The notes: generated from the sequence alone by a model not told the origin. Counted from the stretch's first letter, positions 38,608 through 48,518 are shown. The stretch: DNA of 64,000 bases from an uncultured Lachnospiraceae bacterium (GCA_910584685.1 CAJUAO010000011.1:22300-86299); one strand, 5' to 3'. Numbers and translations are program-made.

Positions 38608-38669
38608 TATTTAAGCCTGATTTTTAAGTCATGATATTTAAAGCCGCATGGGCGGCGTGAGGTATTAAA

Positions 38670-39074
38670 ATGAGAAAAAACAGTATAAAAAGTATAAGAG
38701 TAAATGCTGAGGTACAGCATGAGCTTAGCAATATAATAAGAAATGAAATAAAGGACCCGCGCATCAGCACTATGACAAGTGTTGTTGCCGTGGATGTCAC
38801 TCCCGACTTAAAGTATGCTAAGGCGTATATAAGTGTTCTAGGAAGCAGGGAGGAGCAGGAGGACACCATAAAGGGCTTAAAAAATGCAGAGGGATATATA
38901 AGGAGACAGCTTGCAGCCTCCATAAATCTTAGGAATACGCCGCAGATTACCTTTGTGTTGGACCAGTCCATAGAGTATGGCGTAAATATGTCAAAGCTTA
39001 TAGATGAGGTTAACGGTAAGCTGTCTGAAAATCAGGAAACGAAAGAAACCTTTGAAGAAGATAATGAAGAATAG
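38670..39074 (+). CDS. rbfA: Ribosome-binding factor A
   Basis: RVNAEVQHELSNIIRNEIKDPR... is typical RbfA. Conserved position after infB. Confidence 0.9.
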   Translation: MRKNSIKSIRVNAEVQHELSNIIRNEIKDPRISTMTSVVAVDVTPDLKYAKAYISVLGSREEQEDTIKGLKNAEGYIRRQLAASINLRNTPQITFVLDQSIEYGVNMSKLIDEVNGKLSENQETKETFEEDNEE

Positions 39075-39108
39075 CTGTCGAATATAGTAGAAAGGACAAG
39101 GATTTATT

Positions 39109-40092
39109 ATGTCAGAACCACGGGTAAAATTAGCGGATTTTCTTGTAGGAGTAAAAAAGCTTGGTATAGCGGGACATGTACGGCCTGACGGAGACTGCGT
39201 GGGCTCATGCATGGGCTTGTACCTGTATATAACTGAGAATTATCCGGATATAGAAACACATGTGTATATGGAGGAGCCTAAGGGAAGGTTTGATTATATA
39301 AAGGCTATGGATAAGGTGGAAGAGACTGTAGTGGATACGGATTTTGACCTTTTTATAGCGATAGATTTAAGCAATGCTGAAAGAATAGGCGTAGCAGGAG
39401 AGGAATATGTTAAGGCAAAAAAAACGCTGTGTATTGACCACCATGTAAGCAATACAAAATTTGGTATGGTAAATCATGTTATTCCAACTGCAAGCTCGTC
39501 ATGTGAGGTTTTGTACGATATGCTTGAGGAGGAAAAAATTTCAGAGGCTGCGGCTACGGCTATATATACGGGGATTGTACATGATTCGGGAGTATTTAAG
39601 TATGAAAATACCTCTGAGCATACCATGAATATAGCGGGAAAGCTTATGAGCAAGGGAGTAAATTTCCCTGCTGTTATAGATGAAGGCTTTTATGAAAAAA
39701 GCTATGTTCAAAATCAGATTCTTGGAAGAGCGCTTTTGGAAAGCATACTTCTTCTTAAGGGAAAATGTATTTATTCTGCAATTTCCCAGTCAGAAATGAA
39801 ATTTTACGGCGTGACGCAAAAGGAAATGGGAGGAATAGTAGAGCAGCTTAGGCTGACGGCAGGAGTTGACGTTGCCATATTTATGTATGAAATTTCACCT
39901 ATGGAATATAAGGTAAGCCTCCGCTCAAAGAAATATGTTGACTGTAATGTGGTTGCAGGATATTTTGGCGGCGGCGGACATGTAAGGGCAGCAGGCTGTA
40001 TTCTTAAAGGTACGAAGCATGATGTGGTAAATAACCTTCTTGAACATATAGAACAGCAGCTTGAAGAAAAGGATGTTCTCCATAATGTATAA
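39109..40092 (+). CDS. nrnA: DHH/DHHA1 phosphoesterase (NrnA-like oligoribonuclease/pAp phosphatase)
   Basis: GHVRPDGDCVGS, IDHHVSN and GGGGHVRAAG motifs. Confidence 0.85.
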   Translation: MSEPRVKLADFLVGVKKLGIAGHVRPDGDCVGSCMGLYLYITENYPDIETHVYMEEPKGRFDYIKAMDKVEETVVDTDFDLFIAIDLSNAERIGVAGEEYVKAKKTLCIDHHVSNTKFGMVNHVIPTASSSCEVLYDMLEEEKISEAAATAIYTGIVHDSGVFKYENTSEHTMNIAGKLMSKGVNFPAVIDEGFYEKSYVQNQILGRALLESILLLKGKCIYSAISQSEMKFYGVTQKEMGGIVEQLRLTAGVDVAIFMYEISPMEYKVSLRSKKYVDCNVVAGYFGGGGHVRAAGCILKGTKHDVVNNLLEHIEQQLEEKDVLHNV

Positions 40093-41035
40093 TGGAATTT
40101 TAAATATATATAAGGAAAAGGGCTTTACGTCACATGATGTGGTTGCAAAGCTAAGAGGCATATTAAAGCAGAAGAAAATAGGACATACGGGAACGCTTGA
40201 CCCTTACGCAATTGGAGTGCTGCCGGTATGTCTTGGAAGGGCAACTAAGCTGTGCGATATGCTTACTCATAAGGAAAAAACCTACAGTACAGAGCTTATT
40301 CTTGGAAAAGCAACGGATACCCAGGATATATGGGGGAAAACTATAAACGAGACAGATATTGCAAGGAAGAGGGAAACTGTTACAGACGAGCTTATATATG
40401 ATGCGGTAATGTCCTTTATAGGAGAATATTCACAGATACCTCCCATGTACAGCGCCATAAAGGTTAATGGAAAAAAGCTTTATGAGCTTGCAAGAGAGGG
40501 CATTGAAATAGAAAGAAAGCCCAGAAATGTCAGGATTATTGCCATAAAAAAGCTTGTTATAGATTATCCCCGAATAAGCATGGAGGTAGAGTGTTCAAAG
40601 GGAACCTATATAAGGACCTTATGTCACGATATAGGGCTTAAGCTTGGAACATACGGATGCATGACATTCCTTGAGAGAATAAAAACAGGAGTCTTTGAAA
40701 AGGAAGCATCATATACGCTGGCTCAGGTGGAGGATTATATGAAAAGAGGACTCCTTGACGATATAATATTTCCCATAGATAAGATGTTTGAAAAATTTAA
40801 AAGCATTTATATGGAAGAGACTTTAAATAAGCTTTTGTATAATGGAAACCCTATACCTGTAAAAATGATAAAAAATATTCAGATAAATAATTTTGAAGCA
40901 GACGGTATGGCCGAAAGCGCTTCAGATGAAAAAAACATGGCTGAAAGCTATAAGGTATATGATTATAAAAATGAATTTATTGGGATATATAAAATAAAGG
41001 ACAGCCTGCTTATGCCTGAAAAATTATTTTTGTAG
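40085..41035 (+). CDS. truB: tRNA pseudouridine(55) synthase TruB
   Basis: GILNIYKEKGFTSHDVV...GHTGTLDP catalytic motif. The start is taken at the ATG overlapping the nrnA end. Alternative upstream starts exist at 40061 and 40073. Confidence 0.9.
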   Translation: MYNGILNIYKEKGFTSHDVVAKLRGILKQKKIGHTGTLDPYAIGVLPVCLGRATKLCDMLTHKEKTYSTELILGKATDTQDIWGKTINETDIARKRETVTDELIYDAVMSFIGEYSQIPPMYSAIKVNGKKLYELAREGIEIERKPRNVRIIAIKKLVIDYPRISMEVECSKGTYIRTLCHDIGLKLGTYGCMTFLERIKTGVFEKEASYTLAQVEDYMKRGLLDDIIFPIDKMFEKFKSIYMEETLNKLLYNGNPIPVKMIKNIQINNFEADGMAESASDEKNMAESYKVYDYKNEFIGIYKIKDSLLMPEKLFL

Positions 41036-41085
41036 GAACAGTCTCTGAAAATGTGAGAGGCATGTATACAGAAATGAGGATTATA

Positions 41086-42015
41086 ATGAAAATTATAAAG
41101 GATATTACGGATATAGAAAAACTTCATATGGAAAATACGGCTGTAGCGTTGGGAAAGTTTGACGGCGTTCACAGAGGGCACCGTGATATTATGGAAAGGC
41201 TTATAAAGGAAAAAAACAAAGGATATATATCCCTGATTTTTACTTTTTCAAGAAATCCTAAGACTGCCGGCAAAAATATATCTGAAGAAAAAATATTTAC
41301 CGAAAATGAGCAGATGCTCGTATATGAAAAAACAGGAATTGATATAATAATAGTATATCCTATAGATTCAGGAATTTTAAATATGTCTGCAGAAGCATTT
41401 GTAAAAAATATTCTTGTGGACAGGCTGGGAGTAAAAAAAATTATTTGCGGAGGGGATTTCCGGTTTGGAAAGGACAGATTGGGAGATACTTCAACATTAA
41501 AAAGCTGTGGAGAAAGATATGGTTTTGATACAGAAATAGTGGATATGGTGTCTGAAAATGGTAAGATTATAAGCAGTACTGTAATTAGAAGGCTTATAAA
41601 GGAAGGAAAGCTTGAAGAGGCGGAAAAAATGCTTGGACACAGGTTTTCCATAGCGGGAAGAGTAGTATACGGAAATCAGATAGGAAGGATACTGGACACG
41701 CCTACGGCGAATATTATTCCTGAAAAGGAAAAAATAATTCCTCCCTATGGAGTTTATGTGAGCCTTTGCAACATAGACGGAAAATATTACAGAGGAGTTA
41801 CAAATATAGGATATAAGCCAACAATAAATGAAAAGGAAAAGCAGCTTGGAGTAGAGACATATTTTTTGGACTATATTGGAAATTTATATGGAAGAATTAT
41901 TGAGATTGAACTTGTAAAGCATACAAGGCCTGAAATGAAATTCGACAGCACGGACGCATTAAAAAGGCAGCTTGTAAAGGATAAGGAAATCTGCAGAAAT
42001 ATTATTTTTGAATAA
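41086..42015 (+). CDS. ribF: Bifunctional riboflavin kinase/FMN adenylyltransferase
   Basis: ALGKFDGVHRGH and PTANI...GVY motifs. ATG at 41086 is preceded by GAGGA. Confidence 0.9.
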   Translation: MKIIKDITDIEKLHMENTAVALGKFDGVHRGHRDIMERLIKEKNKGYISLIFTFSRNPKTAGKNISEEKIFTENEQMLVYEKTGIDIIIVYPIDSGILNMSAEAFVKNILVDRLGVKKIICGGDFRFGKDRLGDTSTLKSCGERYGFDTEIVDMVSENGKIISSTVIRRLIKEGKLEEAEKMLGHRFSIAGRVVYGNQIGRILDTPTANIIPEKEKIIPPYGVYVSLCNIDGKYYRGVTNIGYKPTINEKEKQLGVETYFLDYIGNLYGRIIEIELVKHTRPEMKFDSTDALKRQLVKDKEICRNIIFE

Positions 42016-42208
42016 ATTTAATTCTTTTGGAGGGTAAAAATATCACCCAAAAGATAAATTCATTTGAAATGAGGGTTGACATTCTGATAAAAAGTGCTAT
42101 AATTTGACTTGGGTTTTGTTATAAAAGTAATAAATACGTAACAAAATTTAACAAAGATAAAGTGTTTCAAGGTAAATGTTATATACAGTATATGTAATGG
42201 AGGAAAAC

Positions 42209-43504
42209 ATGAGAAAAACTAAATCAGTCGCAAGTGCTATTGTACTTGCAGCAGCTGCAATAGGAATCAATGCTATAATCCCCTCACAGAAAAAAGAAGA
42301 TTCTATAGATGTATCAAAAATTTTAGAGGCGTCGTCATTTACGGTAACGGCAGCCAATTCCCCTGAGTATTCGGGAGAGGTTATGCTTTCATCACTTTCA
42401 TTGTCCCTTGTTGGAAGCTCAAATGACAGTTCTAAGCTTAATAACAGCACAGGAAAAACAGCTATACCTGTAGCAGGAATGTCAGATGTTTTAAGAAATG
42501 CAACGGTTGACACAAATGATGTTTCATCATCGGCAGAGGGAATGGACGTAGCCACAAAGTATGTGCCTGAAGGCTCGGTTATAGACGGATATACAAATCT
42601 TGGCGTTTCAAATGTTACGTCATACCTTAATGTAAGGGACGGAGCAGGTACAAATAATAAGATAATAGGAAAAATGCCCGGCGGTTCAGCCTGTGAGATA
42701 CTTGAGGAGGCTGACGGCTGGTATAAGATAAAGTCAGGTGACGTTACAGGCTATGTATCATCTGATTACATATTGACAGGCTACGACGCAAACGTAAAGG
42801 CAATGGAAACCATGAAGGCAAAGCTTTTAGTTACTGCCGACATCCTTAACGTAAGGGAGGAGCCGTCAACAGAGTGCAGCGTTTCCACAAAGGTAAATTC
42901 AGGCGAGTATTTAGACATACTTGAGGAGGAAAGCAACGGCTGGTATAAGATTGATATAAACAATCTTACAGGCTATGTATCAGCAGATTATGTAAAAAAG
43001 GTATATTCACTTCCTACTGCGGTAGAGATAGTAGAAGTTAAGGTAAATAATACGGCAGCGGCAGGCAGCGGAAACAATAGTTCAGGCGGAAACAAATATA
43101 CGGGACCATCATTTGATGCATCCTCATTAGACCAGACAGTATCACAGACAGCTAAGGATTTGATAGATTATTCTATGAACTTCCTTGGAAATCCATATGT
43201 ATATGGAGGCAACAGCCTTACCCAAGGAACAGATTGCTCAGGCTTTGTAAAGCTTATATTTGCGCATTTTGGATATAGTCTTCCTAGAAGCTCCGCAGCG
43301 TATGCTTCTGTAGGAACCCAGATACCATATACGTCGGCTAAGCCGGGAGACATAATGGTTTATAAATATGGCTCAAGAATAGGTCATGTGGCTATATACA
43401 TTGGAAACGGACAGATTGTGCATGCATCTACGCCTACAGGCGGTATAAGAATAGGCAGCGCATACTTCGTAACCCCTTGCTTTGCAGTGAGAGTTATTCC
43501 ATAA
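42209..43504 (+). CDS. Secreted NlpC/P60 cell-wall hydrolase with two SH3b domains
   Basis: Signal peptide. Two LNVR....GWYKI...TGYVS SH3_3-like repeats. C-terminal DCSGFV...GHVAIYIG catalytic motifs. Confidence 0.9.
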   Translation: MRKTKSVASAIVLAAAAIGINAIIPSQKKEDSIDVSKILEASSFTVTAANSPEYSGEVMLSSLSLSLVGSSNDSSKLNNSTGKTAIPVAGMSDVLRNATVDTNDVSSSAEGMDVATKYVPEGSVIDGYTNLGVSNVTSYLNVRDGAGTNNKIIGKMPGGSACEILEEADGWYKIKSGDVTGYVSSDYILTGYDANVKAMETMKAKLLVTADILNVREEPSTECSVSTKVNSGEYLDILEEESNGWYKIDINNLTGYVSADYVKKVYSLPTAVEIVEVKVNNTAAAGSGNNSSGGNKYTGPSFDASSLDQTVSQTAKDLIDYSMNFLGNPYVYGGNSLTQGTDCSGFVKLIFAHFGYSLPRSSAAYASVGTQIPYTSAKPGDIMVYKYGSRIGHVAIYIGNGQIVHASTPTGGIRIGSAYFVTPCFAVRVIP

Positions 43505-43527
43505 GAAAAATAAAAAGGATTAAGTTA

Positions 43528-43562
43528 AAGGATACCGTTCGTAAGGGCGGTATCCTTTTAAA
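43528..43562 (+). terminator. Rho-independent terminator
   Basis: AAGGATACCG (43528-43537) pairs with CGGTATCCTT (43548-43557), followed by TTAAAA. Confidence 0.75.
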
Positions 43563-43571
43563 ATATTATAA

Positions 43572-43600
43572 TTGACATATAAATATGTTTATGGTATATT
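43572..43600 (+). promoter_or_regulatory. Putative rpsO promoter
   Basis: -35 TTGACA (43572-43577), 17-nt spacer, -10 TATATT (43595-43600). Confidence 0.6.
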
Positions 43601-43640
43601 TATTCAGTGAGTTTTCACGCAGCGATAATAGCTGCAAAGC

Positions 43641-43680
43641 ACAAAGTGTAAAAAGCGTACACAAAGTGTAAAAAGCGTAC
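43641..43680 (+). repeat. 20-nt perfect tandem repeat in the rpsO leader
   Basis: ACAAAGTGTAAAAAGCGTAC occurs twice in tandem, between the promoter and the rpsO RBS. Confidence 0.9.
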
Positions 43681-43751
43681 ACTTGGTTTGCGGACGCTCC
43701 GACCGGAACTAATGTGTATCGCGGTATTATATTATTTAGGAGGATTTCAAG

Positions 43752-44018
43752 ATGATATCAAAGGAAAAGAAGGCAGAATTAATTAAGACATATGGAAGAA
43801 CACCAGAGGACACAGGCTCTCCTGAGGTTCAGATTGCTATTTTAACAGTTAGAATCAAGGAGCTTACAGAGCATTTAAAGACACACCAGAAGGACCATCA
43901 TTCAAGAAGAGGTCTTCTTAAGATGGTTGGTCAGAGACGTGGTCTTCTTGATTACTTAAAGAAGACAGACCTTGAAGGATATCGTAGTTTAATCGAGAAG
44001 TTAGGCATCAGAAAGTAA
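43752..44018 (+). CDS. rpsO: 30S ribosomal protein S15
   Basis: 88 aa; [29 protein letters not shown] is the S15 signature. Confidence 0.97.
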   Translation: MISKEKKAELIKTYGRTPEDTGSPEVQIAILTVRIKELTEHLKTHQKDHHSRRGLLKMVGQRRGLLDYLKKTDLEGYRSLIEKLGIRK

Positions 44019-44038
44019 TTTTACATGGATTAATTTTT

Positions 44039-44070
44039 CAATAGACAGGGCTACAGCCTTGTCTATTGTT
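44039..44070 (+). terminator. Hairpin after rpsO (weak terminator / processing site)
   Basis: 12-bp stem CAATAGACAGGG/CCTTGTCTATTG with a 6-nt loop, followed by only a short U tract. Confidence 0.5.
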
Positions 44071-44078
44071 AGGTTAAA

Positions 44079-44341
44079 AGGCAGAAGAACAATTCCGAGA
44101 CCACTAAAAAAAGCGCCGCAGCTAAAATAGTTAAAACTCAAAGAACTAAAGTTCTTGGCGCTTTGGAATACGTAGTATAAAACGACATGTGCGAAAGCAT
44201 AGCGGTGAATGACTAAAAATTCGGCGGAGCCGAATTTGAAAGCGCCGCAGCCAAAAGAGTTAAAACTCTCGGCACTTTTTTTAGTGTTTTCGGTCTTCTG
44301 CCTAAAGAAAAGAATTTATATTATGAAAGGCAGGAAGAAAC
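44079..44341 (+). promoter_or_regulatory. Structured pnp leader: long stem plus RBS-proximal duplicate of its 5' arm
   Basis: AGGCAGAAGA...GCGCCG (from 44079) pairs with CGGCAC...TCTTCTGCCT (to 44303). AAAGGCAGGAAGAAAC at 44326-44341 (the RBS region) nearly repeats AAAGGCAGAAGAAC at 44077-44090. Confidence 0.6.
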
Positions 44342-46426
44342 ATGTACAAAAGTTTTAGTATGGAATTGGCAGGAAGGACTTTGACAGTTGATATTGGAAG
44401 AGTTGCAAAGCAGGCAAACGGAGCGGCATTTATGCACTATGGCGATACAGTTGTATTGTCAACTGCCACAGCCTCAGAGAAGCCGAGAGAGGGAATTGAC
44501 TTTTTTCCTCTTAGTGTGGAATACGAGGAAAAGCTTTATTCAGTTGGAAAGATACCGGGAGGCTTTAATAAGAGAGAGGGAAAGGCGTCAGAAAATGCCA
44601 TTCTCACCTCAAGAGTAATTGACCGTCCTATGAGACCGTTATTTCCAAAGGATTACAGAAATGACGTTACATTAAATAATATGGTTATGTCGGTAGACCC
44701 GGAATGCAGCCCTGAGCTTACAGCAATGCTTGGCTCAGCTATAGCTGTAGCCATATCGGATATTCCTTTTGACGGTCCTTGCGCTACCACGCAGGTAGGA
44801 CTTATAAACGGAGAGTTTGTATTTAATCCAAATGCGTCCCAAAATGCGGATTCAGACCTTAAGCTTACAGTAGCGTCTACAAGAGAAAAAGTAATTATGA
44901 TAGAGGCAGGCGCAAATGAAGTGCCTGAAAGTAAAATGATAGAGGCTATATATGCTGCTCATGCCATAAATCAGCAGGTTATTGCATTTATAGACAAGAT
45001 TGTTTCAGAGGTAGGAAAGCCAAAGCACACATATGAAAGCTGCGCCATACCTGAGGAATTATTTGCTAAAATGAAGGAAATTGTTACACCGTCAGAGATG
45101 GAAACGGCAGTATTTACGGATGAAAAGCAGGTAAGAGAGGAAAATATAAGGGTAATAAGGGAAAAATTAGAGGAGACCTTTGCAGATAATGAGGATTGGC
45201 TCCCTCTTATACCTGAAGCATTGTACCAGTATCAGAAGAAGACGGTAAGAAAGATGATACTTAAGGACCACAAGAGACCTGACGGACGAGAGCTTACACA
45301 AATAAGACCTCTTGCGGCAGAGGTGGATATTATACCAAGAGTACACGGCTCAGCCATGTTTACAAGAGGTCAGACACAGATATGCAACGTATGTACCTTA
45401 GCGCCTCTTTCAGATGCCCAAAAGCTTGATGGTCTTGATGAAAATGAAACCTCAAAGAGATATATGCATCATTATAATTTCCCATCATATTCCGTAGGAG
45501 AGACAAAGGTTTCAAGAGGACCGGGAAGACGCGAAATTGGACACGGCGCATTGGCAGAGAGAGCGCTTATTCCTGTGCTTCCTAGTGAGGAGGAGTTTCC
45601 GTACGCTATTCGTACAGTGTCGGAGACCTTTGAGTCAAATGGCTCTACCTCTATGGCGTCTACATGCGCCTCATGTATGTCCCTTATGGCGGCAGGCGTT
45701 CCAATAAAAAAGATGGTAGCAGGTATTTCATGCGGTCTCGTCACAGGCGAGACAGATGATGACTATGTGCTTCTTACGGATATACAGGGACTTGAGGATT
45801 TCTTCGGAGATATGGATTTCAAGGTGACAGGTACAGACGCAGGTATTACGGCTATACAGATGGATATAAAAATTCATGGTCTTACGAGAAGTATTGTGGA
45901 GGGCGCTATTGCAAGATGCAGGGAAGCAAGAATGTTTATTATGGAAAACTGCATGAGCAAGGCTATAGCGGCGCCGAGACCTGAGGTAGGAAAGTATGCT
46001 CCGAAGATTGTACAGATTCAGATAGACCCAGCCAAGATAGGCGATGTGGTAGGCCAGAGAGGAAAGACAATCAACGCTATTATAGATGAGACAGGCGTTA
46101 AGATTGATATTACCGACGACGGAGCAGTATCCGTATGCGGAACAGAGCCGGTTATGATGGACAAGGCAGTAAAATATATTAAGACTATCGTAACAGACTT
46201 TGAGGAGGGGCAGATATTTGAAGGCAAGGTAATAAGCATTAAGGAGTTTGGCGCGTTTATTGAATTTGCACCTGGAAAAGAAGGAATGGTGCACATTTCA
46301 AAGATTTCCAATGAGAGAATAAATCATGTGGAGGATGTTCTTACCCTTGGGGATATTGTAAGGGTAGTATGCCTTGGCAAGGATAAGATGGGCAGAATCA
46401 GCTTTAGCATGAAGGATGTAAGATAG
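44342..46426 (+). CDS. pnp: Polyribonucleotide nucleotidyltransferase (PNPase)
   Basis: Two RNase PH domains, then KH (GKTINAIIDETG) and S1 (GKVISIKEFGAFIEF..GKEGMVHIS) domains. Confidence 0.97.
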   Translation: MYKSFSMELAGRTLTVDIGRVAKQANGAAFMHYGDTVVLSTATASEKPREGIDFFPLSVEYEEKLYSVGKIPGGFNKREGKASENAILTSRVIDRPMRPLFPKDYRNDVTLNNMVMSVDPECSPELTAMLGSAIAVAISDIPFDGPCATTQVGLINGEFVFNPNASQNADSDLKLTVASTREKVIMIEAGANEVPESKMIEAIYAAHAINQQVIAFIDKIVSEVGKPKHTYESCAIPEELFAKMKEIVTPSEMETAVFTDEKQVREENIRVIREKLEETFADNEDWLPLIPEALYQYQKKTVRKMILKDHKRPDGRELTQIRPLAAEVDIIPRVHGSAMFTRGQTQICNVCTLAPLSDAQKLDGLDENETSKRYMHHYNFPSYSVGETKVSRGPGRREIGHGALAERALIPVLPSEEEFPYAIRTVSETFESNGSTSMASTCASCMSLMAAGVPIKKMVAGISCGLVTGETDDDYVLLTDIQGLEDFFGDMDFKVTGTDAGITAIQMDIKIHGLTRSIVEGAIARCREARMFIMENCMSKAIAAPRPEVGKYAPKIVQIQIDPAKIGDVVGQRGKTINAIIDETGVKIDITDDGAVSVCGTEPVMMDKAVKYIKTIVTDFEEGQIFEGKVISIKEFGAFIEFAPGKEGMVHISKISNERINHVEDVLTLGDIVRVVCLGKDKMGRISFSMKDVR

Positions 46427-46624
46427 TAACTGATGTAAGCATATATTTTAAAGTAATATGCAGATAAATATATTATAAGCAAAATATATTATAAGGTGCT
46501 ACGCTATAAATAGATGCATAAATTTGTATAAGGCAGTATGCCGGGTATTTATTTAAGCATGTACTATTGGCGTAGCACTTATATTTAAACAATTTTTTAG
46601 CAGAAGAATTATGGGATATATGTT

Positions 46625-47119
46625 ATGGAATTGAATTACTGTGTGAAATGTGGGAAAAGATTAACTATGAAATCAGTAGGAGACGAGGGAGAGCAAAAAT
46701 ATTGTGCAGACTGCAAAAAATATTTTTTTGATAATCCGGTGGGCTGTGTTTTAGTTGCTATTATTAATGAGCATAAGCAGGTTTTACTTTTGCGTCAGGA
46801 ATATATTTCAAAGTCAAAGTGGACTCTTTGCTCAGGTTATGTTAAGAAAGGAGATACGCTTGAAGAAACGGTTATTCGTGAAGTGTATGAGGAAACAGGT
46901 CAAAGGGTTATAAATTGTAAATATGTAAGGAGCTATTATTTTGAGCCGAAAAATATTATTATGTCGGGGTTTATAGCTTATGTAAAGGAAGATGTATTTG
47001 GAGTTTCTGGTGAGGTAGATGATTTGAAGTGGTTTGAATTAAATAGGGCAAAAACGTTGGTGGAACGGGAGAATAATTATTCCGGGGTGCATTTGGATAA
47101 TATAGTTAATCTTATATAG
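46625..47119 (+). CDS. NUDIX hydrolase with N-terminal zinc ribbon
   Basis: CVKCG...CADCK zinc ribbon. Nudix box GYVKKGDTLEETVIREVYEETG. Confidence 0.85.
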   Translation: MELNYCVKCGKRLTMKSVGDEGEQKYCADCKKYFFDNPVGCVLVAIINEHKQVLLLRQEYISKSKWTLCSGYVKKGDTLEETVIREVYEETGQRVINCKYVRSYYFEPKNIIMSGFIAYVKEDVFGVSGEVDDLKWFELNRAKTLVERENNYSGVHLDNIVNLI

Positions 47120-47171
47120 CATATAAGTAATAAAAAATTTAGTGTATATAAGGGAATGAGAGGGGAAGCAT

Positions 47172-48518
47172 ATGCCTGAAAACCAGAATATTGAGTGGAA
47201 AGAAATATGGAAGGATGAATATTTGGCTTGGCTTTGCGGCTTTGCAAATGCTCAGGGAGGAAGTTTATATATTGGAAAAAATGATAAAGGAGAATGTATC
47301 GGACTTCCGAATGCCTGTAAGCTTCTTGAAGACTTACCTAATAAAATAAGGGATACATTAGGCATTATTGCAGCAGTTAGCCTTTTGAATGAAGGTGATA
47401 ATGAATATATTGAAATATCAGTGAAATCATATCCTATAGCTATTTCCTATAAGGGTATATATTATTGCCGTAGTGGAAGCACTAATCAGAAATTGGCAGG
47501 ACTGGAGCTGGAAAGCTTTTTGTTGCGAAAGCAAGGGGCAACGTGGGATAATCTTCCATTGCCGGCTTTTACAATGGATGATGTGAATGACGGCATTATA
47601 GATAGCTTCAAAAAGTTGGCAACAAAAAAGGGACGTATAGATAAAAGTGTGCTGGATGAGCCGAAAGAGCTTCTTATGAAGAAGCTGCATTTGATAAATA
47701 ATGGTTATCTGACTAATGCTGCTATGCTTCTTTTTGCTGAGGACCCTGAGAAATGGCAGCTTGGCGCTTATACTAAAGTTGGATTTTTTGAAAGCAATTC
47801 AAATTTAATGTATCAAGATGAAATTCATGGTTCCTTACTTGAGCAGATTGACAGAATTATTGAAATTGTTCATTTAAAATATATGAAGGCAAAAATTTTT
47901 TACGAAGGTATACAGAGGATTGAGAGGTATTTTGTGCCGGATGAGGCGCTGCGGGAGGCATTGCTGAATGCTTTGTGTCACAAGGACTATGCAAGAGGAA
48001 TACCAATTCAGATTAGTGTATATGACGATAAGCTTTATATTGCAAATTGTGGCAGACTTCCTGAAAACTGGTCTGCCCAAAAGCTCATGGAAAAACATTC
48101 ATCCGAGCCTTATAATCCTAATATTGCCCACGTTTATTATTTAGCAGGGTTTATTGAGAGCTGGGGACGTGGTATAGAGAAGATTTGTGATGCCTGTCGT
48201 GAAGACGATGTGCCTCTGCCTGAATATGATATAACAGGAAATACTGTTATGATTAAATTTATGGCATCGGAAGACAGAATAATCAGATTTGATTCTGAGA
48301 AGGTGACTGAGAAGGTGACTGAGAAGGTGACTGAGAAGGAACAGGAAATCTTGTCTTTATTACTTGAGAATCCGTATTATACTTATGTTGAGCTTGCCGC
48401 TGAGCTTCAGGTTAGCCGGAAGACAGTAGCAGTTCGTATTGCCTTGCTGAAAAGAAGAGGTATTCTTACTCGTGTTGGCTCAGCTACAAAAGGATATTGG
48501 AAGATAAATAAAAACTGA
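47172..48518 (+). CDS. AlbA_2 (Schlafen-like) / ATPase-like / wHTH putative regulator
   Basis: ENQNIEWKE...LCGFANAQGGSLYIG is the AlbA_2 N-terminal pattern. The C-terminal winged helix resembles the RecG-C-terminal-like family commonly annotated as an ATP-binding protein. Contains a VTEK x3 repeat. Confidence 0.7.
   Translation: MPENQNIEWKEIWKDEYLAWLCGFANAQGGSLYIGKNDKGECIGLPNACKLLEDLPNKIRDTLGIIAAVSLLNEGDNEYIEISVKSYPIAISYKGIYYCRSGSTNQKLAGLELESFLLRKQGATWDNLPLPAFTMDDVNDGIIDSFKKLATKKGRIDKSVLDEPKELLMKKLHLINNGYLTNAAMLLFAEDPEKWQLGAYTKVGFFESNSNLMYQDEIHGSLLEQIDRIIEIVHLKYMKAKIFYEGIQRIERYFVPDEALREALLNALCHKDYARGIPIQISVYDDKLYIANCGRLPENWSAQKLMEKHSSEPYNPNIAHVYYLAGFIESWGRGIEKICDACREDDVPLPEYDITGNTVMIKFMASEDRIIRFDSEKVTEKVTEKVTEKEQEILSLLLENPYYTYVELAAELQVSRKTVAVRIALLKRRGILTRVGSATKGYWKINKN

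Noticed and set aside
42024-42053. Hairpin after ribF as a terminator
   Set aside because: CTTTTGG/CCAAAAG plus GGGT/ACCC can pair, but no U-tract follows. This is too weak to annotate.
44143-44154. GAACTAAAGTTC in the pnp leader as a third LexA box
   Set aside because: It lacks the flanking C/G of the consensus. It sits inside a hairpin of a transcribed leader rather than at a promoter. A palindrome is expected there for structural reasons.
48297-48332. GAGAAGGTGACT x3, and the 18-nt repeats at 33754-33803, as CRISPR-like or regulatory repeats
   Set aside because: They are direct tandem repeats without spacers, in frame inside CDSs (VTEK and MDRKTS peptide repeats).
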